Assembly (NCBI GenBank): GCA_037189525.1
Contig: JBBCJC010000001.1
Location: forward strand, 288,001 to 352,000
Direction of reading: 5' to 3'
From: Gemmatimonadales bacterium
GTDB lineage: Bacteria > Gemmatimonadota > Gemmatimonadetes > Gemmatimonadales > GWC2-71-9
DNA length: 64,000 bases
Of the stretch, positions 39,419 through 48,851 are shown piece by piece. The stretch's first letter is position 1; every line of letters begins with the position of its first letter. A program made the position numbers and the translations under genes. The notes beneath the pieces are model-generated. The model was not told the origin of the DNA. It saw only the letters and a program-made list of their open reading frames with translations, and ran no database searches.

Positions 39419-40303
39419 ATGGACGTACTCCAAGTCGCCCAGGTTCGCGCCTTCAATCGATTGGTGACCCAGAGGTCTGGTGCGCTGAATGACCACTTCC
39501 TCGGTCGGGACCGGCCCCTGGCTGCCTCGCGCCTCCTGTTCGAGATTGGCCCGGACGGAGCCGACCTCCGCGATCTCCGAGCACGACTGGGCCTCGACTC
39601 AGGCTATCTGAGCCGGCTGATCCAGACGCTGGTAGGAGCCGGCCTCGTGACGCTCCAGCCGGGGTCGGACGACGACCGCGTTCGCCGTGCGGAGCTGACG
39701 CAGGCTGGCCTCGCCGAAGTCGAGGAAATCGACCGGCGCTCGAACGAAGCCGCCGTGGCCATCCTGTCACCCCTCACAGAGCGGCAGCGGGAACGACTGG
39801 TAACGGCCATGGCCGATGTGTGCCGGCTCCTCCGATCCGCCGCGATGCGCATCGAGCGGGTCGATCCGAGCAGTCGCGAGGCCAGTTGGTGCCTGACGCA
39901 GTACTTTGCCGAACTCGACCGGCGCTTCGAGCACGGCTTCGATCCGGGACAGGTCCTGCCGATCGACGAAGCCGAGTTACGCCCGCCCCAGGGAGCGGTC
40001 CTGGTGGCGACCATCGACGGCGAACCCGTGGCCTGCAGCTCCCTCAAAACGATTGGCCCCGGGATCGGTTATCTCAAGCGAATGTGGGTTGCCGAGTCGG
40101 TCCGGGGCATGGGTCTGAGCAAGCGATTGCTGGCGGCGATGGAGACGGAAGCACGCCAGCTCGGCATGCACACGCTTCGTCTCGAGACGAACCGCGCGCT
40201 CGTCGAGGCGATTCGACTCTACCGGCAGGCGGGATACGCCGATATCCCGCCTTTCAACGACGAGCCGTACGCCGACTATTGGTTCGAGAAGCAACTCGCA
40301 TAA
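39419..40303 (+). CDS. MarR-HTH / GNAT bifunctional protein
   Basis: VRAFNR, LGLDSGYLSR, DDRVRRAELT; LKRMWVAESVRGMGL, LETNRAL, FNDEPYADYWFEK. Confidence 0.9.
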   Translation: MDVLQVAQVRAFNRLVTQRSGALNDHFLGRDRPLAASRLLFEIGPDGADLRDLRARLGLDSGYLSRLIQTLVGAGLVTLQPGSDDDRVRRAELTQAGLAEVEEIDRRSNEAAVAILSPLTERQRERLVTAMADVCRLLRSAAMRIERVDPSSREASWCLTQYFAELDRRFEHGFDPGQVLPIDEAELRPPQGAVLVATIDGEPVACSSLKTIGPGIGYLKRMWVAESVRGMGLSKRLLAAMETEARQLGMHTLRLETNRALVEAIRLYRQAGYADIPPFNDEPYADYWFEKQLA

Positions 40304-40347
40304 ATCCGACACGCCGGGCGGGAGATCAGACCTCCGCAACAGGCACT

Positions 40348-41316
40348 TCAGCGCCCTGGCACGGTCGCCGGCAGCGATTGCAGATAGAGCCACATCGCTT
40401 CCATCTCCACGTCCAGCATGCGCCGAGCCGCGGGGATCATGAACGTCATCGGAACCCGGAGCTTGGAGCCGTCGGGCCGAACACCCTGACGCATCGCCTG
40501 CACGAAATCCTGGTACCGCCAGCTGCCCAGCCCGTGCGGCGTCAGATTGCCGGCCGGGGGCCAACTCGGATCGCCGCCGGCGATCGGACCGCCCGCCAGG
40601 TTACCGCCGTGACAACCCGTGCAGGTTGCCGCAAGGTGCGCCCCAAAGGTTACGGACGCCTCGGTGGGCGGCGGCACCACGACATGCGTCGTCTGGTGCA
40701 ACGCGATCCGGGTCACCGTGAGCGGCAACTTTCCCGTCGCCACCAGCACCTTGCCCAACGGGCCGAGCGTCGAGGCCGGCACGGCGCTATCCACCGGCGG
40801 CTGCGCATTGATGTAGGCGATGATGTCGGACAGTTCCTGGTCGGACATGCGCTGGAAGTCCTCCGAGGGCATGGCCGACGGCCGCCCGTCGGGGAGGATC
40901 CCATGGCGGACGGCGCGGTCCCAGTCGGCAGGCGTGTACGCCAGCACCTTGCTCCCCCGCCCCCGTGTCAGGTTCGGGCCGAGCAACCGTCCGAGCGGGA
41001 AGGCATCGACCATGACGCCCCCGCCCAGATCGGCTCCGTGGCACTCGGTGCAACCGTACCGCGCCGACAGCAGGTGCCGGGCCCGCTCGACCGCCCGCTC
41101 CAGCGCCACCCGATCCGCACCCGCCGAGTCGAGGCCGAGCGCCGCGACTTCGTCCGCAGCGAGCGGAAACGGCACCGGGAAATCGACCGTGTGCGCCTCA
41201 TACGTGGCGGCGAGCAGCCGCGCCGAGGTCCGCGAAGCCCACCAGTACCCGAGCGCCACCACCAGCAGCACGAACGCCAGGACCAGGCCGGCGATCTTGA
41301 GCACCGCTTTCATCAT
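40348..41316 (-). CDS. Membrane-anchored di-heme cytochrome c
   Basis: N-terminal TM, CTECH and CTGCH heme motifs, PNLT repeats. Confidence 0.88.
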   Translation of the reverse strand: MMKAVLKIAGLVLAFVLLVVALGYWWASRTSARLLAATYEAHTVDFPVPFPLAADEVAALGLDSAGADRVALERAVERARHLLSARYGCTECHGADLGGGVMVDAFPLGRLLGPNLTRGRGSKVLAYTPADWDRAVRHGILPDGRPSAMPSEDFQRMSDQELSDIIAYINAQPPVDSAVPASTLGPLGKVLVATGKLPLTVTRIALHQTTHVVVPPPTEASVTFGAHLAATCTGCHGGNLAGGPIAGGDPSWPPAGNLTPHGLGSWRYQDFVQAMRQGVRPDGSKLRVPMTFMIPAARRMLDVEMEAMWLYLQSLPATVPGR

Positions 41317-41502
41317 ACCCGCCTTATAGAGGAAGGGTCGAGCGCCCGCCGATCCGCCAAGTTCGCTCCCGATCAGCCGGTCCGCGAGCCCCTCCGACAC
41401 TCCGCCCGCCGACCCGCTGCCGACGATACCTATGGGGCTGCCGACACCGGGCCCCGAACACGCCCCCTACACCCCGGGGCCCAAATTCCTTAATTTTCGG
41501 GG

Positions 41503-42070
41503 ATGAAGCAGTGGATCTTCGTCGGGGCAGTGGTCCTCGGCCTCGTGGCCGGCGCCTGGGGGCTGACCAGGTACGGCAATCGGAACCTGACCGTCGAGGT
41601 CGGCCGCGCCGCGCCCGATTTCACGGCCCAGAACCTCCGGACCCGGGAGGCATTCTCCCTCCGCGAGCAGTACCGGAATCAGGTCGTCCTGGTCAACCTG
41701 TGGGCCACCTGGTGCGTGCCCTGCCGCAAGGAAATGCCCGACATGGAGCGGCTCTATCGTGAGCTCGGCCCCCATGGCTTCCGGATTGCCGCCGTCAGCG
41801 TCGACGAGGGCGACCTGCAGGGCGTCATCTCCTTTGCCGACGAATACGACCTCACCTTCGACATTCTCCACGACGGCGACGGGTCGGTCCAGAAAGCCTT
41901 CCAGACCATCATGTTTCCCGAGAGCTTCCTGATCGACAAAGAAGGCGTCGTCGTCAAGAAGGTCCTCGGTGAGCACCCCTGGAGTTCCGACGCCAACCGC
42001 CGGCTCGTGGCCGAATTGCTGGGCGTCGAGCTGAGTGCCCCTGCGCCGGCGACCCCGGCGGGATCGTCCG

Positions 42071-42078
<8 letters not shown>
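41503..42078 (+). CDS. TlpA/ResA-like thiol-disulfide oxidoreductase
   Basis: N-terminal TM, APDF, NLWATWCVPCRKEMP, PESFLID. Confidence 0.9.
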
Positions 42079-43140
<1,062 letters not shown>

Positions 43141-43144
<4 letters not shown>

Positions 43145-43977
43145 CGACCGTCTATCCGCTGGTTTTCAGGATCGGCACCTTCGAGATCACCGGTTTCGGC
43201 ATCCTGATGATGCTGTCCTTCCTCGTCGGCGGCTGGTTGGTATCACTCGAACTCAAGCGGCGCGGCTGGAACGAGGAGTACGGCGCCGACATCGTCGTCG
43301 CGGCCGTCATCGGCGGGATCGTCGGCGCCAAGCTCTGGTACGTGGTGCTGACCGGCGATCCGGGCTCCCTCTTTTCCCGGGGCGGCCTGGTCTGGTACGG
43401 CGGCTTTCTGGGTGGCGTCCTGGCCGTGATCCTGAACGGCTGGCGGCGCCAGGTGCCGATGCGGGTCACCATGAATCTGGTGGCGCCCGCGCTCGCCGCG
43501 GCCTATGCCGTGGGTCGCGTCGGCTGCTTCGTGGTGGGCGACGACTACGGTCGTCCGACCGATCTGCCGATCGGCGTCAAGTTCCCCCAGGGTCTGCCGC
43601 CGTCCACCGCACAGAACCTGTCCAGCATGTTCGGGATCCAGGTGCCCGCCGACATCGCGCCGTCGACTGTGCTTGCCGTGCATCCGACCCAGCTGTACGA
43701 GGTCGTGGCCATGCTCGCGGTCTTCATGATCCTCTGGCGCTGGCGCCTCAACGAGCGGCCGATGGGATGGCTCTTCGGGGCCTACCTTGCTTTTGCCGGG
43801 GTGGAGCGTTTTCTGGTGGAGATCCTGCGCGCCAAGGACGACCGCTTTCTGGGCGTCTTTACCGTTGCGCAGCTGACCAGCGTGCTGGTCGCCGCCGTCG
43901 GGGTGACGCTGCTGGCGCGATATGCCAACGCGCCGAATCCCGCTCCCGGCGCGTACCTGACCGCCCGCCCCCGCTAG
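43141..43977 (+). CDS. lgt: Prolipoprotein diacylglyceryl transferase
   Basis: GGLVWYGG, GRVGCF, HPTQLYE, RFLVEILR. Confidence 0.9.
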
Positions 43978-43990
43978 AGGCTCCGCCGCT

Positions 43991-44374
43991 TCAGGATTCG
44001 AGAATGGCGGTGGCCACGGCCGACAGGTCGGAGTGCGTCAGCGAAACATGGACGCGCGCTCCGACCTCGGCATCGACCACCTGCTTGGCGAGGCCGTGCA
44101 ATTCGATGGTCGGCCGACCTGACGGAGCCCGGATCACTTCGATTTCCCGCCAGCCGATGCCGCGCGCATTGGGGAGCGCCTGCAGCGCCTTGTAGACCGC
44201 TTCCTTGGCCGCGAGTCGCACCGCCAGATGGCGAGGCGGGTGCGGCATGGACAACACGTACTCGAGTTCGGCGCTGGTCAGCAGCCGATCCAGCACCCTG
44301 CGCCGATGCGCAGCCAGCATGGCTTCTGCACGCGCAATGTCGACCACGTCGACGCCCAGACCGATCAGCGCCAT
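43991..44374 (-). CDS. acpS: Holo-ACP synthase
   Basis: GLGVDVVD, AAKEAVYKAL, GRP, VSLTHS. Confidence 0.92.
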   Translation of the reverse strand: MALIGLGVDVVDIARAEAMLAAHRRRVLDRLLTSAELEYVLSMPHPPRHLAVRLAAKEAVYKALQALPNARGIGWREIEVIRAPSGRPTIELHGLAKQVVDAEVGARVHVSLTHSDLSAVATAILES

Positions 44375-45075
44375 AGCAGGCTCCAGAACCATCGATGCAC
44401 CGGATCGAGCCAGGTCGGCCGAGGCAGATAGCCACCCAGCACCAGACCCAGCCAGGTCACCAACGCGAGGGCGGCCAGCAATACCACGATCCACGGCCAG
44501 AGCGCGGGCCGCCACCGCGCCACCTCCGCAGCTTTACTCTGCCAGACGGCCAATTCGCGACGGACCAGGACCTCGAGTTCATCCCAGGCATCCTCGAGCG
44601 CCACGGCCGTCTGACGCACCTGATCCCACCAGGCATCGCCGCTCCCGAAACCGCGCGCCACCCGCTCCTCGACGACGATACCCGCCGCGTCCAGACGCGC
44701 AGCAAGCACGGCCCGATCCTCCGCGCTCGGGAGGAGCGCCGCCAGCTGCCGACCCGGATAGCGAGACTGATACGCCGCCCGTTCCAACTGCGCTCGCGCA
44801 GCGGCGACGACGGCATCGGCCGCGCGACCCGCCGCGGTACGCCACAATGCGAGCCAGGTATTGCAATCGAGCGCGACCCGCGCCCCCGCTTCATCGCCTG
44901 CCAGCCGGAAATCCCGCGCCGCCGCAACCCGATCGAACAGATCCGAGACGAGATCGAGACGAATGGCATCGAGCCCCACGCTCGGATCGTCGAACTGTCG
45001 CGTGACGTCCGCCAACCGCCCCAGGTACGGCCCGATCTCGGGCAGCTCGTCGGTTGCCATCACGACCGTTCCCAC
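44365..45075 (-). CDS. Hypothetical protein with C-terminal TM helix
   Basis: Overlaps both neighbours in operon fashion; WPWIVVLLAALALVTWLGLVLGG. Confidence 0.65.
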   Translation of the reverse strand: MGTVVMATDELPEIGPYLGRLADVTRQFDDPSVGLDAIRLDLVSDLFDRVAAARDFRLAGDEAGARVALDCNTWLALWRTAAGRAADAVVAAARAQLERAAYQSRYPGRQLAALLPSAEDRAVLAARLDAAGIVVEERVARGFGSGDAWWDQVRQTAVALEDAWDELEVLVRRELAVWQSKAAEVARWRPALWPWIVVLLAALALVTWLGLVLGGYLPRPTWLDPVHRWFWSLLWR

Positions 45076-45656
45076 GACGGACGCTCACCCGCATCGAGCT
45101 CCGCCAGCGCGACGGCAGCCGGGCGCCCCGTTCGGGCCTGATAGCGCTGCACGAAGACGGCGAGCGCATCGGCCGAGTAGGCGCTGCGGGGCAACTGGAG
45201 CAAAGCGACCGCCTGCTCGATGGCATCGGCGCTGCCCTCGACCTCCACCAGAACGTCCATTCTCGGATACCATTCCAGCCGCACCACCGCGCCCGCGGCT
45301 TCGTAGTACTCGACGAAACGGTCGATCGCATGGACTTCCCGATACCCGAGCGCCGCCACAATCGCTTCCGCCTCGACCGCATCGGGCGTGCCGAGTTCAT
45401 GCTCGGCGCGCAGCTTGTAGCCATCTTCGATTCGCACGGGACCCTTCCAACCAAGCCGGCTGCTGACCGAGCCATCTGACGCATGCCGCATGGTTCGGAT
45501 CCGCAGCACTTCGTCCCGGCCCGCGAGTTCACCATCGCGATCATAGCGCCGGTCGGCCATCCAGCCAGTAAAGCCGCGCACCGCACCCGACGCGTCGAGC
45601 GCGCCGCGCATCCGGTCGGGGTCGGCGACCACGGCCTTGAGCTCGCGTTCGATCAC
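45060..45656 (-). CDS. CYTH domain protein (class IV adenylate cyclase-like)
   Basis: IERELKA (ExExK), DRRYD, LRIR, WKGP, LVEVEG; start GTG 45656. Confidence 0.82.
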   Translation of the reverse strand: MIERELKAVVADPDRMRGALDASGAVRGFTGWMADRRYDRDGELAGRDEVLRIRTMRHASDGSVSSRLGWKGPVRIEDGYKLRAEHELGTPDAVEAEAIVAALGYREVHAIDRFVEYYEAAGAVVRLEWYPRMDVLVEVEGSADAIEQAVALLQLPRSAYSADALAVFVQRYQARTGRPAAVALAELDAGERPSWERS

Positions 45657-46363
45657 GCCGACGTTCCGAGAATGGCGGCGGCCACGCGGCTCGTGTCGCT
45701 CAGATCGTCGAACACATGGTGAGCCCCGGCCTCGGCCAGATGCTCCGGACGATAGCTCCCGGTCGCCACGGCCACGGAAATGGCGCCGATGCCGTTGCCG
45801 CAGGTCACGTCGGCCGGCGTATCGCCGATGATGACGACATCGGCGCCCGAGGGCACCCGGCCAAAATGCGACAACGCTCGCTGCGCAGCGATGGCGGGCA
45901 ACTCGGCCCGAACTGCATGATCGGACCCGTAGGCGCCGACCGCAAAGCCCTCGGGAGGAATGTCCACGGCCCGGAGCTTGATCGCGGCCCCGCGCACGAC
46001 GTTGCCAGTCAGCAGCCCCAGCACGACACGACTGTCGCCGCGGAGGGTCTCGAGCAGCGGCCGCACCCCGGGCATCACGGTCGCCTGGTGCGCCGTTTCG
46101 GCCAGATCGCGCTCCAGATGGGCCAGGTAGCGGTCGATCACCCGGCCGATCCGGTCCTGGTCGCGGGAGAGCCGGTCGCCGCCGGCTTCGAGCAGCTCGA
46201 CCACGATCTGCGGGTCGGTTTTGCCGTCGAAACGGACGTGCTCCACCGCCTCCGCACCAATCGCCGCTTCCTCGGCGAGCGCGGCCAGAATCGCGCGCCG
46301 TCCCGCGCCGCCCGACAGCAACAGGGTGCCGTCGATATCGAAAAGAACCAGACGTTTCGTCAC
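45653..46363 (-). CDS. HAD family hydrolase
   Basis: LFDIDGTLL, GKTD, LLTGN, IIGDTPADV, VATG. Confidence 0.9.
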   Translation of the reverse strand: MTKRLVLFDIDGTLLLSGGAGRRAILAALAEEAAIGAEAVEHVRFDGKTDPQIVVELLEAGGDRLSRDQDRIGRVIDRYLAHLERDLAETAHQATVMPGVRPLLETLRGDSRVVLGLLTGNVVRGAAIKLRAVDIPPEGFAVGAYGSDHAVRAELPAIAAQRALSHFGRVPSGADVVIIGDTPADVTCGNGIGAISVAVATGSYRPEHLAEAGAHHVFDDLSDTSRVAAAILGTSA

Positions 46364-46542
46364 GAGGTCGGTTCCGGGTCGGCGGCGGCACAGTTGCGGC
46401 AGACGACCACTCCCTGGAAGGTGCAGATCAGGCAAACGAACGTTCCACAGCGTTCGCAGGGATACCCCTCCGAGGCGCGTTCCTCCCGACCGCAAGCTCG
46501 GCAGATCATGGCGTCCGTGGCCGGCTTCTTCTGAGGTTCCAC
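46360..46542 (-). CDS. Cys-rich microprotein (4x CxxC)
   Basis: CRAC, CERC, CLIC, CRNC; GGAG upstream of GTG 46542; stop overlaps the HAD start. Confidence 0.65.
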   Translation of the reverse strand: MEPQKKPATDAMICRACGREERASEGYPCERCGTFVCLICTFQGVVVCRNCAAADPEPTS

Positions 46543-46547
46543 GCGGG

Positions 46548-47891
46548 TCACTCCGTGATGTTGTACAACTTGACCTTGTTGATCAGCGTCGCTCGGGAAA
46601 TGCCGAGCTCCTTGGCGGCGCGGGTCCGGTTGCCGCCGTGATAGCGTAGCGTCCGGTCGATGTGCTGATGCTCGAGCGCCTCCAGGGTCATCGGCGTATG
46701 ACGACGATCGCCCATCCCCGACCGGGCCCGGAACTCGCCGGGCAGATGCTCGACGTTGATCGCCGGCTGCCCCTTGGCCACCATCATGGCGCGTTCGAGC
46801 ACATTCTTCATTTCGCGGAGGTTCCCCGGCCACGGATAGGCCAGGAACCGTTCGTGGACGTCCACCGCGAGCGACTCGGGACCATCCGGCAGCTGGTTCT
46901 TGAGATCGGCGTGCAGCAGCGCGACCAGGCCGAGCCGGTCTTCCTGGCTCCGCTCGCGGATAGGCGGAAAGGCCAGCGGCATCACGCTGAGACGGTAGAA
47001 GAGATCTTCCCGGAACGTCTCCGCTTCGACGGCCTCCGACAGGTTGCGGCGAGTGGTCACCATGAGGCGGGTATCGACGCTGATATCGTCGGTGCCGCCG
47101 AGCCGGCGGAAGCTGCGCGTCTCCAGCACCCGCAGCAGTTTGGGCTGGATTTCCTCCGGCAGATCACCGATTTCCCGCAACAGCACCGTGCCGCCGTCCG
47201 CCAATTCGAGGAGACCACGACGGCGCTCGGTCGCTTCGACGTAGACGCCACGCTCGTGCCCGAATAGCAGCGACTCGAGATAGGTCGCGTTCATCCCGGT
47301 GCAGTTGATTTCCAGGAACGGCTGTCCCGCTCGGGGACCGAGATCGTGAATGATCCGCGCGGTCCAGGCCTTGCCGACGCCGGTTTCTCCGTTGAGCAAT
47401 AGCGTGGTACGATCGCTCTGCGCCAGCAGCGACACCTGCTGCACGAACTGTTTCATGACGCTCGACGTCCCCAGCGAATCGAGCCCATGCGGCGAGGCCG
47501 TCCGGGCCAACAGCGCCGAGGCGACGCGGCGGGCCTTGGTGAGCAGAACCGCGCGGGAGGCCGCCGTCAGGACGACATCCGCGTTGCCGGCGATGTCGAG
47601 CACCATGGCCGCTCCGGCACGCATCCCGCGCGCCACCGCTTCCGACCCGGGCTGGTCGCCGAAGAGCACGACGGGCACCTGCCCCGCGCCGAGCGCCTGA
47701 ATCGCTTCCGCACTGCCGAGCGAGAGCGCCAACAGCACGGCGTCGGGCCGGATGCGCGGCAGCGCACCGAGCGCGGCATCGACCGAGAGTTCCCGCACCA
47801 CCTCGTGCCCCGCCTCCTCGAAGCGGGCCCCGATGGCGCGAAGAGTCGAAGGGTCGTCATGTACCAGCAGGATCGAGTCCGTCATGGTCAA
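46548..47891 (-). CDS. NtrC-like REC-AAA+-Fis regulator with degenerate motifs
   Basis: GETGVGK, LFGHERG, FREDLFYRL, WPGNLREM, Fis HTH GNRTRAAKELGISRATL. Confidence 0.88.
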   Translation of the reverse strand: MTMTDSILLVHDDPSTLRAIGARFEEAGHEVVRELSVDAALGALPRIRPDAVLLALSLGSAEAIQALGAGQVPVVLFGDQPGSEAVARGMRAGAAMVLDIAGNADVVLTAASRAVLLTKARRVASALLARTASPHGLDSLGTSSVMKQFVQQVSLLAQSDRTTLLLNGETGVGKAWTARIIHDLGPRAGQPFLEINCTGMNATYLESLLFGHERGVYVEATERRRGLLELADGGTVLLREIGDLPEEIQPKLLRVLETRSFRRLGGTDDISVDTRLMVTTRRNLSEAVEAETFREDLFYRLSVMPLAFPPIRERSQEDRLGLVALLHADLKNQLPDGPESLAVDVHERFLAYPWPGNLREMKNVLERAMMVAKGQPAINVEHLPGEFRARSGMGDRRHTPMTLEALEHQHIDRTLRYHGGNRTRAAKELGISRATLINKVKLYNITE

Positions 47892-47951
47892 GTCCCTGAA
47901 AAGATCGAACGAATCGGCGCCCCTCCTCGCGGCGGGCAGCCGGATACATTC

Positions 47952-48845
47952 CTACACCAGCACGCGAATCGCCTTGGGCGCCACCGTCGCCGTAAAGGGC
48001 GTTTCACCGAACAGATCGCCATCGAACTGCGCCGGTTCGGCGGGATGAGCCTCAACCCGAACCTGCTGACCGCGAGCATAGGTCAAGTATGGCGTCTCAC
48101 CCGTATCCAATGCGACGTTGGCCAGCGCACGCACCAGGCTGCGCGCCGCCTCCCACGGAGTATCGGCATCGATGATCAGGACGTCGAACAGCCCATCATC
48201 GAGCGCCGTCTCCCGATGCACCCGAACCAGCGGCGGAATCACCTCGCCGCAATTGAGCACCATGACCAGCGCCGCATCCCGCTCGATCACCCGCTCGTCG
48301 ACGGTAACCGTAAACTGGCGCGAACGAATCTCCGGCATCACCCGAAACAGGGAATTGAAGTACCCGCCAATACCCAACCGGCGTTTCTCCGCCGCCCCTG
48401 TCCCACCCATGACCCGGGCATCGGCCCCGGCGCCGCACGCCACTCCGAAGTAGCGGAGCCCCATCGCATTCTCCAGCCGGCCCAGATCGATCCGTCTGGA
48501 TCGCCCCCGGAGGATCAGCTCGGCAGCCTGGACCGGACCGAGTGGCAACCGCAGGTTGCCCGCCAGCACGTTGCCGGTGCCCCCGGGCACGAGGCCGAGC
48601 GCCACATCCGTTCCCACCAGCGCGGCAGCCGCCTGCATCGTAGTACCGTCGCCGCCGAAGACCGCGACGACATCGGCGCCGTCGGCAACCGCTTCCTCCG
48701 CAAAACGCCGGGTGTCCTCCGCCACGGAGGTCTGCCGAAGGTCGATCGACCAGCCTGCCGCTTCAAACACACGCCGCACCGTATCGGCCACGTCCGGATT
48801 GGTCCGGGCCGCCACCGGATTGGCAATCAACAACGCTCGAGCCAT
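47952..48845 (-). CDS. Diacylglycerol/lipid kinase family (YegS/BmrU)
   Basis: NPVA, GGDGT, PGGTGNVLA, DDGLFDV, QFDGD. Confidence 0.9.
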   Translation of the reverse strand: MARALLIANPVAARTNPDVADTVRRVFEAAGWSIDLRQTSVAEDTRRFAEEAVADGADVVAVFGGDGTTMQAAAALVGTDVALGLVPGGTGNVLAGNLRLPLGPVQAAELILRGRSRRIDLGRLENAMGLRYFGVACGAGADARVMGGTGAAEKRRLGIGGYFNSLFRVMPEIRSRQFTVTVDERVIERDAALVMVLNCGEVIPPLVRVHRETALDDGLFDVLIIDADTPWEAARSLVRALANVALDTGETPYLTYARGQQVRVEAHPAEPAQFDGDLFGETPFTATVAPKAIRVLV

Positions 48846-48851
48846 CGCGTA

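Noticed and set aside
41320..41500. C-rich spacer with repeated CGCCCGCCGA / GCTGCCGAC words
   Set aside because: Short, low-complexity GC repeats with irregular spacing; not CRISPR-like and plausible by chance.
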